Assembly: GCA_041497675.1 (NCBI GenBank)
Contig: JBGQGY010000083.1
Span: 1-17,144 of the forward strand
From: a bacterium
GTDB taxonomy: Bacteria; Sysuimicrobiota; Sysuimicrobiia; Sysuimicrobiales; Humicultoraceae
DNA length: 17,144 nt
Direction of reading: 5' to 3'
In this document: positions 7,546 to 14,891 of the stretch, piece by piece
How the letters are laid out: the number at the start of each line of letters is the position of its first letter
How positions within the stretch are numbered: position 1 is the first letter of the stretch
The notes under the pieces: generated by a model
Database searches by the model: none
What the model was told of the DNA's origin: nothing
The model's input: the letters and a program-made list of their open reading frames with translations, nothing else
Program-made: the position numbers and the translations under genes

Positions 7546-8567
7546 GCAGACTGGCTCTTTGGGTAAAGTGGGCCACCGGTGCGGCGGTCGTCGCCATGGC
7601 GCTGTTGGCGGCGGCGGCGGCGCCTCCCCCACAGGCACTGCGGGTCGGCGGTCTCCCTGTCACGTGCAACCTCACGCTTCCGGTCGCCTGTCATGCGATC
7701 GCACACGCGTCCAGAACCGGCCAGTTGGTGGTCGGCGAGCTGGCGGAGTATCAGAAATTCACCGGCTGGCCCGAACTCAAGGAAGCGTTCATGGCCGGGA
7801 AAGTCAAGGCGGCCTACTTCCTGGCGCCCCTCGCTATGGACCTCGCCGATAGGGGAATCCCAGTAAAGATCGTGGCGCTGGGTCATCGCTCCGGCGCCGT
7901 GATCATGGTCAAGACCGATTCGCCAGTCAAGAACATGAAGGATCTCAAGGGCAAACGGATCGCCATTCCGAGCCGGTTCGCGGTCGACCACCTGTTTGTG
8001 CGCCGCATGCTGAAGCAAAGCGGCATGACACCCGCGGACGTGCAGTTCGTGGAGATGAACCCGCCGGATATGCCGGCCGCGCTCTACGCGGGGGCGGTCA
8101 CCGCGTACGCAACCGGCGAGCCGTTCGGCGCGGTCGCGGAACTCGCAGGCTATGGGCGCCCGCTCTACCTGACCCGAAACGAGTGGCCAGACTACATCTG
8201 TTGCGTCCTGACGGTCCGTCAGGAGTTGATCGAGACGAATCGGCCTCTCGTCCAGCAACTCGTAAACTACGTGATATCCGCCGGCGCGTGGCTCCAGGCG
8301 TCGCCAAACAACCGCCTCGTCGCCGCGGATCTGGCGGCCGACAGGCGCTACTTCAACCAGAAGGCCGAAGTGCTGCGACTCGTCATGACCCGCCCGCCGG
8401 ACCGGGTCACCTATGGTGATCTCAAGGTCGCCCGATCCGAGCTCGATGTGCTGATGCGGCTTGCCCTGGAAGCCGGCATCATTGCGCACCCAGTCCCCTA
8501 CGAGAAATACGTGGACGAGAGCTTCATCAAGAACTACAAACCGGTCGAAATCCGGATCGACCGATGA
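7542..8567 (+). CDS. ABC transporter substrate-binding protein 1, NitT/TauT (SsuA/NMT1/NrtA-like) family
   Basis: GTG start overlaps the halogenase stop (GTGA). Ala-rich Sec-type signal without a lipobox. Motifs LRVGGLPVTCNLTLPVAC, WPELKEA...G, DLKGKRIAIP, PPDMPAAL..G, GEPF and WPDYICCVL. Confidence 0.9.
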   Translation: MSRLALWVKWATGAAVVAMALLAAAAAPPPQALRVGGLPVTCNLTLPVACHAIAHASRTGQLVVGELAEYQKFTGWPELKEAFMAGKVKAAYFLAPLAMDLADRGIPVKIVALGHRSGAVIMVKTDSPVKNMKDLKGKRIAIPSRFAVDHLFVRRMLKQSGMTPADVQFVEMNPPDMPAALYAGAVTAYATGEPFGAVAELAGYGRPLYLTRNEWPDYICCVLTVRQELIETNRPLVQQLVNYVISAGAWLQASPNNRLVAADLAADRRYFNQKAEVLRLVMTRPPDRVTYGDLKVARSELDVLMRLALEAGIIAHPVPYEKYVDESFIKNYKPVEIRIDR

Positions 8568-8595
8568 AAGTGTGTTCGGTGGGGGACGAGGCCCG

Positions 8596-9219
8596 ATGGA
8601 TAGCCTGATGCGCTGGCTCGCAGCCATAGCCATCGCCGCGGTGATCGCGCCCGGCGGGATCGGGTGGCTGGCCGGCAAACCAGCGTACGCGTTCCACGGG
8701 ATCACCACCGAAGCGCCGCAGGCCGCCGAGTTCGCGTTGACCGCGCAGGACGGCGCCCGCGTCCGCCTCAGCGACTTTCGGGGGAAGATGGTGCTGCTCT
8801 ACTTTGGGTACACAAACTGCCCGGGCATCTGTCCGACGACGCTCGCCGAGATCAACCGGGCCCTCACGTCCCTGGGCCGCTCGGCGGCACGGGTTCAAGT
8901 GATGATGGTCACCGTTGACCCGGAACGCGATACGCCCGCGCGACTTGCCACGTACATGCCGCACTTCAACCCGGCGTTCCTCGGGCTGACCGGGACGCCG
9001 CGGGAGGTCGCCGCCGTCGCTGCCAAGTACGGCATCTACTTTAAGAAGACTGAAGAAACCGGCAGGGGTGACTACCTCGTTGATCACACGAGTATGGTGA
9101 TTGTCATAGACTCGGCCGGGCGCGTCCGCCTCCTCTTCCCGTTCGGCACGACGGTCGAGGATATGACATCCGACCTGGTCCACCTGCTCGGTCCGGGGAC
9201 AGGGAGGAGCCGAGGGTGA
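8596..9219 (+). CDS. SCO1/SenC family copper chaperone
   Basis: ATG at 8596 is more plausible than the ORF-track start at 8461, which lies inside SBP1. N-terminal hydrophobic anchor; LSDFRGK..LLYFGYTNCPGICP (CxxxC), VTVDPERDTP, YLVDHT (conserved His ligand). Confidence 0.93.
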   Translation: MDSLMRWLAAIAIAAVIAPGGIGWLAGKPAYAFHGITTEAPQAAEFALTAQDGARVRLSDFRGKMVLLYFGYTNCPGICPTTLAEINRALTSLGRSAARVQVMMVTVDPERDTPARLATYMPHFNPAFLGLTGTPREVAAVAAKYGIYFKKTEETGRGDYLVDHTSMVIVIDSAGRVRLLFPFGTTVEDMTSDLVHLLGPGTGRSRG

Positions 9220-9659
9220 GCAAGAATCTGGCGATGTGGGTCGTGGGTGCTATCACGGCCGCCGCGCTGCTGACGACCGGCGTGGCTGCGAGTCCCAAGA
9301 TCACAGTACAGGAGGTCTGGGCGAGACCGCTGCCGCCAGTAGTAGAGTCGGCGGAACTGTACATGGTCATCCGCAACGACGGCACAGATGCGGATCGGCT
9401 GGTCGGTGCATCGTCGCCGGCGTGCGGCATGATGGTGCTCTACGAACGTTACCGCACGCCCAAGGGCACGATGAGTATGCGTGAGACAGGTCCCATCTCG
9501 ATTCCGGCGGGCCAGCGAGTTGAATTGAAGGTGAATGGGCATCATGTTATGTGTATGGAGCGTAAACGGGAGTTCAAGGCGGGCGTTTCGTTCCCCCTGA
9601 CGCTGAAGTTCGAGAAATCCGGAGACGTCAAGGTCCAGCTCACGGTCCAGAATCGATAG
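9216..9659 (+). CDS. PCuAC (DR1885-like) periplasmic copper chaperone with an atypical first ligand
   Basis: GTG start overlaps the SCO stop. Signal peptide; VWAR, YMVIRNDG..DRLVGASSP, MSMR, ISIPAG..VEL...GHHVM, FPLTLKFEKSG. M88-x21-H110-x-M112 is intact, but the usual ELHE reads VLYE. Confidence 0.88.
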   Translation: MSKNLAMWVVGAITAAALLTTGVAASPKITVQEVWARPLPPVVESAELYMVIRNDGTDADRLVGASSPACGMMVLYERYRTPKGTMSMRETGPISIPAGQRVELKVNGHHVMCMERKREFKAGVSFPLTLKFEKSGDVKVQLTVQNR

Positions 9660-9665
9660 ACGGAA

Positions 9666-9695
9666 GCCGGCTCCCCCAAGCCGGCGAGGAGGAGG
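9666..9695 (+). promoter_or_regulatory. 7-bp GC hairpin directly followed by a very strong Shine-Dalgarno sequence for SBP2
   Basis: GCCGGCT-CCCCCA-AGCCGGC (9666-9685), then GAGGAGGAGG (9686-9695) and ATG at 9699. There is no U-tract, so it is not a terminator. Confidence 0.45.
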
Positions 9696-9698
9696 ACC

Positions 9699-10748
9699 AT
9701 GGACTCAGGGATTCACCGCATCGGACGCGCGTGGGTGATGTGGGCGGTGAGCGTCGCGGCGGTGGTTGCGGGTCTGCTCTTGGTCGGAGCAGCGGCAGCC
9801 GCGCCGTCGACCGAACCGCTAAAGGTCGGCGGGCTGCCCGTCACCTGTAACCTCACGCTCCCGGTCGCCTGTCATGCCCTCGCGAACGCTACCAAAGCGG
9901 GACAGTCCATCGTCGGATCCGCCGCGGAGTACCTTAGGTTCACCGGCTGGCCGGAACTGAAGGAGTCATTGATCACGGGACGAGTGAAGGTCGCCTACTT
10001 CCTGGCCCCTCTGGCGATGGAACTCGCCGAAAACAACATCCCGGTGAAGGTCGTGGCGCTCGGCCACCGTTCCGGCGCCGTCATCATGGTCAAGACCGAC
10101 TCGCCGATCAAGGGCATGAAAGACCTCAAAGGCATGCGGATCGCCATTCCCAGCCGGTTCGCCGTCGACCATCTCTTCGTCCGGCGGATGCTTAAGAAGA
10201 ACGGCATGACGGCAGCGGATGTGCAGTTCGTGGAGATGAACCCACCGGACATGCCGGCTGCCCTGTATGCGGGGGCGGTGGCGGCGTTTGCGACCGGCGA
10301 ACCGTTCGGCGCGGTGGCGGAGATGGCCGGATACGCCCGGCCCCTCTACATGACCCGGAACGAGTGGCCCAACTACATCTGCTGCGTCTTGACGGTGCGG
10401 CAAGAGCTCATTGACGAGGATCGGGCCCAGGTCCAGCAGCTCGTGAACTATGTGATGTCGGCAGGAATATGGCTGCAGGCGTCACAGAGCAACCGCAACC
10501 TGGGCGCCGAGGTGGCGGCTGGCCCACGCTACTTCAACCAGAAACCCGAAGTCCTCAGGTTCGTCATGAATAATCCGCCCGACAGGGTGACGTACGGCGA
10601 CCTGCGGGTCGTCCGAGCCGAGTTCGACGAGCTGATGCTGCTCGCCCGCGAGGCCGGCATCATCTCGCGCCGTGTCCCGTACGAGAAGTACGTAGACGAA
10701 AGCTTCGTCCGCAACTTCAAACGGGTGGTGATCAAGATTGACAGGTAA
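9699..10748 (+). CDS. ABC transporter substrate-binding protein 2, NitT/TauT family; paralog of SBP1
   Basis: Strong SD, signal peptide and the same motifs as SBP1 (LKVGGLPVTCNLTLPVAC, WPNYICCVL). By hand count, about 238 of 309 mature residues (~77%) are identical to SBP1 with no gaps. Confidence 0.92.
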   Translation: MDSGIHRIGRAWVMWAVSVAAVVAGLLLVGAAAAAPSTEPLKVGGLPVTCNLTLPVACHALANATKAGQSIVGSAAEYLRFTGWPELKESLITGRVKVAYFLAPLAMELAENNIPVKVVALGHRSGAVIMVKTDSPIKGMKDLKGMRIAIPSRFAVDHLFVRRMLKKNGMTAADVQFVEMNPPDMPAALYAGAVAAFATGEPFGAVAEMAGYARPLYMTRNEWPNYICCVLTVRQELIDEDRAQVQQLVNYVMSAGIWLQASQSNRNLGAEVAAGPRYFNQKPEVLRFVMNNPPDRVTYGDLRVVRAEFDELMLLAREAGIISRRVPYEKYVDESFVRNFKRVVIKIDR

Positions 10749-11496
10749 GTGGGGGATTCTGGCCCCTGCCGGCCTGATCGCGCTGCTGGTCGCAGCCTGG
10801 TGGGGTATGGTGGCGGCCAGCGGCAGCCCGATCATCCCCACACCGTGGCAGGTGACCCTGGGGCTCGTGGAACTGGCCCGCCAGGGGGTGCTCCTCCAGC
10901 ACGTCACGGCCTCGCTCTACCGCGTGGGTGTGGGCTACCTTTTGGCCGTCGCGCTCGCCGTTCCCCTGGGCCTCACGATGGGACGGGTCAGCGGCGTCTT
11001 CGCAGCCGTCAACCCCGTGATCCAACTGCTGCGGCCGATCTCGCCCATCGCCTGGATCCCCCTGGCCATCCTCTGGTTTGGCGTGGGAGACCTGTCACCG
11101 ATCTTCTTGATCTTCCTTGCCTCGTTCTTTCCCATGGTGGTGTACTCGGCCGCCGGCGTCCACACTATCGAACGGCAGTACATGCGGGCCTCCCAAAACT
11201 TCGGAGTCTCGGGACTCAAGCTCCTCCGCCTCGTCATCCTGCCCGGCGCGCTCCCGCAGATCATCGTGGGGATGCGCATCAGCATCGGGGTGGCCTGGCT
11301 GGTGGTCGTGGCCGCCGAGATGATCGCGCTGTCGGCTGGCCTGGGGTTTCTGATCATGGATTCCCGGAACGCCGGGAACCGCTATGACCTCGTGGTGGCC
11401 GGGATGGTCCTGATCGGCGTGATCGGGCTCCTGCTCGATAGCGTCATGCGGCGTCTCGAACGGCTCAAAGCGGTGCAGTGGCGCTATGCCCGATAG
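10738..11496 (+). CDS. ABC transporter permease, NitT/TauT (SsuC/TauC-like)
   Basis: Multiple TM segments; IIPTPWQV, LRPISPIAWIPLAILWFG, VILPGALPQIIVGMR, AWLVVVAAEM, GLGFLIMDSR. The TTG start overlaps the SBP2 end by 11 nt. Confidence 0.93.
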   Translation: MTGKWGILAPAGLIALLVAAWWGMVAASGSPIIPTPWQVTLGLVELARQGVLLQHVTASLYRVGVGYLLAVALAVPLGLTMGRVSGVFAAVNPVIQLLRPISPIAWIPLAILWFGVGDLSPIFLIFLASFFPMVVYSAAGVHTIERQYMRASQNFGVSGLKLLRLVILPGALPQIIVGMRISIGVAWLVVVAAEMIALSAGLGFLIMDSRNAGNRYDLVVAGMVLIGVIGLLLDSVMRRLERLKAVQWRYAR

Positions 11497-12250
11497 GATC
11501 GCCGTCCGTGGCCTCTCGAAGGGCTTTCCAACCCGGCAGGGGCCGCTGGCCGTGCTGGAAGGGATCGACTTCGCCGTCGCCGATGGCGAGTTCGTGGCCA
11601 TCGTGGGCCCCAGCGGTTGCGGCAAGACGACCCTGCTGAACATGATCGCCGGGTTCGAGCGCCCGGACCGCGGAGAGGTCACCGTGGACGGCTCGCCGGT
11701 ACGCGGGCCAAGTCCCAAGGGCATCGTGATCTCCCAACAGGGGTCGGTCTTTCCCTGGCTCACAGTGCGCGGCAACCTGACATTCGGACTCGATGGCGCC
11801 CCTGCGGCGGAACGCCGCCGCATTGCCGATCACTACATCGCGCTAGTCGGTCTGGAAGGTTTCGAGGGCGCCTACCCCTTCGAACTCTCTGGCGGGATGC
11901 TCAAGCGCGTGGAGGTGGCCCGCGCCCTCGCGGTCCGGCCGGAGATCCTCTACATGGACGAACCGTTTGCGGCGCTCGATGCGCTCACCCGGTTTCGGAT
12001 GCGGATCGAGCTTCTTCGAATCCTCTCGCGCGAGCGTCACACCAGTCTGCTGGTGACGCATGATGTGGAAGAGGCTATTCAGCTGGCAGACCGCATCCTG
12101 ATCCTCACGGCACGCCCCGCGACGATCAGCTCGGTCGTCAGCGTCTCAGTGCCCCACCCTCGCAAGCTGTCGAGTCCGGAAGTCGTGGACCTCAAGGAAC
12201 ACATCCTGCGCGAACTGGGAGTAGAGGCGCTGTCCTCAAACGCTCTCTAA
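11486..12250 (+). CDS. ABC transporter ATP-binding protein, NitT/TauT (SsuB/TauB-like)
   Basis: Walker A GPSGCGKTT, signature LSGGM, Walker B/D-loop ILYMDEPFAALD, H-loop LVTHDVEEAI. Overlaps the permease end by 11 nt. Confidence 0.95.
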   Translation: MPDRIAVRGLSKGFPTRQGPLAVLEGIDFAVADGEFVAIVGPSGCGKTTLLNMIAGFERPDRGEVTVDGSPVRGPSPKGIVISQQGSVFPWLTVRGNLTFGLDGAPAAERRRIADHYIALVGLEGFEGAYPFELSGGMLKRVEVARALAVRPEILYMDEPFAALDALTRFRMRIELLRILSRERHTSLLVTHDVEEAIQLADRILILTARPATISSVVSVSVPHPRKLSSPEVVDLKEHILRELGVEALSSNAL

Positions 12251-12303
12251 CCACGCACGACTCTCGAAGTTGTGGTCAGACCTGCCAGCCATAAGGGAAT
12301 TCC

Positions 12304-12328
12304 ATAGTTGGCAACAATAGTTGGCAAC
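12304..12328. repeat. Perfect tandem 12-bp direct repeat ATAGTTGGCAAC, each unit containing the palindrome GTTG-G-CAAC; putative operator
   Basis: Copies at 12304-12315 and 12317-12328, separated by 1 nt, about 45 nt upstream of the likely namZ-like start. Confidence 0.6.
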
Positions 12329-12373
12329 CGATTGAGAGAGGCGTCTGAGATCATCGTGAAGAAGAAAGAATGC

Positions 12374-13618
12374 ATGAAGCCTGCGGTATGGCGCCCGACG
12401 ACCGCGCTCGGCTTCGTCCTGCTTCTCGCCGCCCTCGGCGCGACGGCCCCAGCCCCCTCACCCGCGGTCGCGCAGCCGCCGGCGGTTCGCCCGGGCGTCG
12501 ACGTGCTGGTTGCCGATCCGGCGATCCTGCGGGGCAAACGCGTGGGGTTGGTGACCCATCAGGCCGGCATTGCCGCCGACGGCCGGTCGACCGCGGTGGT
12601 GCTGGCGGGCACACCAGGGATTCGTCTGACCGCCCTCTTTGCGCCCGAACATGGGATCGACGGCACGTACGACGCCGGCGAGCCGGTGCCGAACAACATC
12701 GTCAGCCGCACCCCGGTCTTCAGTCTTTTTGGCGGAACGTTTCAGCCGACGAGACAGATGATGGATCGGGTCGATGTGTTCGTGGTCGACCTGCAAGACG
12801 TGGGGGTGCGGCCGTTTACCTACGTGTCGACCATGGCCCTGGTCATGACCGCGGCCCGCCAGGCGGGCAAACCGGTGGTCGTGCTCGACCGCCCCAATCC
12901 GCAGGGCGGCCAGATCGTTGACGGTCCCGTGCTCGAGCCGGAGTTTCGATCATTTATCGGTCCCTATCCCATTCCGTACGTACACGGCATGACCATCGGA
13001 GAACTCGCGCTCCTGTTCAACCGCGCGTTCGGGATCGGCGCCGATCTGACCGTGATCAAGATGCAGGGGTGGACGCGCCGGATGGTCTGGACCGACACCG
13101 GGCTGCCGTGGGTGAATCCCTCGCCTGGTATCACCGGCCCCGAAGCCGTGTTCCACTACGCGGCCACGGGCCCTGTCGACGGCACGAACGTCTGGAACGC
13201 CGTGGCCACCGATTCGCGGTTCCAGGCCTTGCTTGCCCCATGGATCGATGGACCGATCCTCTCGGACGCTCTCAACCAACAGAAGCTGCCTGGCGTGACT
13301 TTCACGCCTTCCGCCATCCCCCATCCCCGTACCGGGGAGGTCTGGCGAGGCGTCCGCCTGCACATTACCGATCCCTCAACGTTTAGACCCTCTACAACTA
13401 TCGTGACCGTCCTGTCAGAAATCCACCGTCTCTATGGAAAACAGATGGCGTTCACCCAACCGCGGCGTGGCCCCTACCTGTTCGACCTAGTCTGGGGAAC
13501 CAAGGATCTGCGTATCGCCATCGCCCGCGGCGACCGACCGGCTGACATCGTGTCCCGGTGGCAGCCCGCGCTCGGCCGCTTCCAGAAGCTCCGGGAGGCC
13601 TCTCTCCTGTACGAGTAA
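12374..13618 (+). CDS. namZ: DUF1343 family exo-beta-N-acetylmuramidase (NamZ/YbbC-like), secreted
   Basis: Likely ATG at 12374, followed by a signal peptide. Motifs GKRVGLVTHQ, ALFAPEHG, DLQDVGVR.FTY.STM, VLDRPNP, VHGMTIGELA, GLPWVNPSP, and C-terminal F...R...LLY. Confidence 0.88.
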   Translation: MKPAVWRPTTALGFVLLLAALGATAPAPSPAVAQPPAVRPGVDVLVADPAILRGKRVGLVTHQAGIAADGRSTAVVLAGTPGIRLTALFAPEHGIDGTYDAGEPVPNNIVSRTPVFSLFGGTFQPTRQMMDRVDVFVVDLQDVGVRPFTYVSTMALVMTAARQAGKPVVVLDRPNPQGGQIVDGPVLEPEFRSFIGPYPIPYVHGMTIGELALLFNRAFGIGADLTVIKMQGWTRRMVWTDTGLPWVNPSPGITGPEAVFHYAATGPVDGTNVWNAVATDSRFQALLAPWIDGPILSDALNQQKLPGVTFTPSAIPHPRTGEVWRGVRLHITDPSTFRPSTTIVTVLSEIHRLYGKQMAFTQPRRGPYLFDLVWGTKDLRIAIARGDRPADIVSRWQPALGRFQKLREASLLYE

Positions 13619-13754
13619 GACACAATGCCGGCCGTGGGACGCATCACGCGGGCCACGATCTTCCTTGTCAACATCCCGCTGCGCATGAAGGTAGAGCACG
13701 CGCTGGCGTCAAGATAACAGGAAACCCTCGAAGCGAGAAGAATACAGTCGGCGC

Positions 13755-14879
13755 ATGACTCATGCCATCGTCATCGGCGCCGGCGTCGTCGGCACCTCGA
13801 TCGCGTTTCGCCTCGCGCAGGCCGGTACCAGGGTCACGATCCTCGAGGCCGGGTACGTCGGCGGCGGTACGTCTGGCGCGAGTTTTGCCTGGATCAACGC
13901 CAACAACAAGCCGCCCCGCGCCTACCACGACCTGAACGTCGCCGGCATGCAGGCCCACGTGGCGCTGGCCGATGAGTTCGGGCGCGCCCCCTGGTGGCAT
14001 CGATCGGGCAACATCGAATGGTATCTTGACGACGCAAAACGCGCGGCCCAGCGCGAGAAGATCGAGCGTCTCCGCGCATGGGGCTATGACGTCGAATGGC
14101 TGACGGCGGCACAACTGCGTGATCTCGAGCCGGATATCGATCCCGCGGCGGTCGCCGGCGCGCCCGTAGCCTTGTACCCGGGCGAGGGCTGGGTCGATCC
14201 GGTCGTGTTCGCCCACGCGATGGCGGAAGCGGCGGTGCGCCACGGCGCGGTGCTGCGGACCGGCGTGAAGGTTGACCGGCTCGAGCGCGCGGGTGCAAAG
14301 GTCACCGGCGTCCTGTGCGCCGGCGGCGAGCGGCTTGGCGCGGACGTCGTCGTGAACTGCGCGGGGCATTGGGCCAACCACGTCGTCGACCCGGACATGC
14401 GCATCCCGGAGTCGCCCACGCGGGGATTCCTGGTCTTCACGGCGCCGGCGCCGACGTGTCTCCGCGCGATCCTGCATGCTCCACAATGCCACATCCGCCC
14501 CGACGGCGGCGGCCGCCTGATGTTGCACATCGAAGAAACCGACCGGACCACGACGGGTACGACGCTGCCCGAGACCCTACCCGCAGCCCACGACGTCGTT
14601 CGGCACGCGGCGATGGTGTTGCCGGGCATTCGCGGCGTCGAGCCCGAGGCAGTGCGGGTCGGAACGCGCCCGATCCCTGCCGACAGCTACCCGGCCATCG
14701 GCCCGATGAAGGGGATCGGTGGCTATTATCTCGCGGTCAGCCACAGCGCCGTCACCCTCGCGCCGTTCTTCGGTCGTGCGGTCGCGGCCGAAGTCGCCCA
14801 CGACCGATCCGAACCATTGCTGGCGCCGTATCGGCCCGATCGTTTTGCGGCCGCCCGGGGCGCGGCGACCACTGCTTGA
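13755..14879 (+). CDS. FAD-dependent oxidoreductase, DAO family (glycine/D-amino-acid/sarcosine oxidase-like)
   Basis: AIVIGAGVVGTSIA..LA, GGGTSGASFAWINA, EGWVDP, VVNCAG.W, VGTRPIPADSYPAIG, SHSAVTLAP..G, PYRPDRF. Confidence 0.9.
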   Translation: MTHAIVIGAGVVGTSIAFRLAQAGTRVTILEAGYVGGGTSGASFAWINANNKPPRAYHDLNVAGMQAHVALADEFGRAPWWHRSGNIEWYLDDAKRAAQREKIERLRAWGYDVEWLTAAQLRDLEPDIDPAAVAGAPVALYPGEGWVDPVVFAHAMAEAAVRHGAVLRTGVKVDRLERAGAKVTGVLCAGGERLGADVVVNCAGHWANHVVDPDMRIPESPTRGFLVFTAPAPTCLRAILHAPQCHIRPDGGGRLMLHIEETDRTTTGTTLPETLPAAHDVVRHAAMVLPGIRGVEPEAVRVGTRPIPADSYPAIGPMKGIGGYYLAVSHSAVTLAPFFGRAVAAEVAHDRSEPLLAPYRPDRFAAARGAATTA

Positions 14880-14891
14880 GGGAGGATCCGT

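Noticed and set aside
7443..8708. 421-aa minus-strand ORF, and similar antisense ORFs such as 15138..16196, 13668..14528, 16198..17013 and 2384..3202
   Set aside because: They overlap well-supported + strand genes and have no motifs; long antisense frames are expected in high-GC DNA.
7638..10745. SBP duplication as an assembly artefact or as mobile-element direct repeats
   Set aside because: The copies differ throughout (about 23% of residues plus many synonymous changes), and no transposase, terminal inverted repeats or target-site duplication were seen.
12304..12328. CRISPR-like repeat
   Set aside because: Only two 12-bp units with a 1-nt spacer, and no cas genes.
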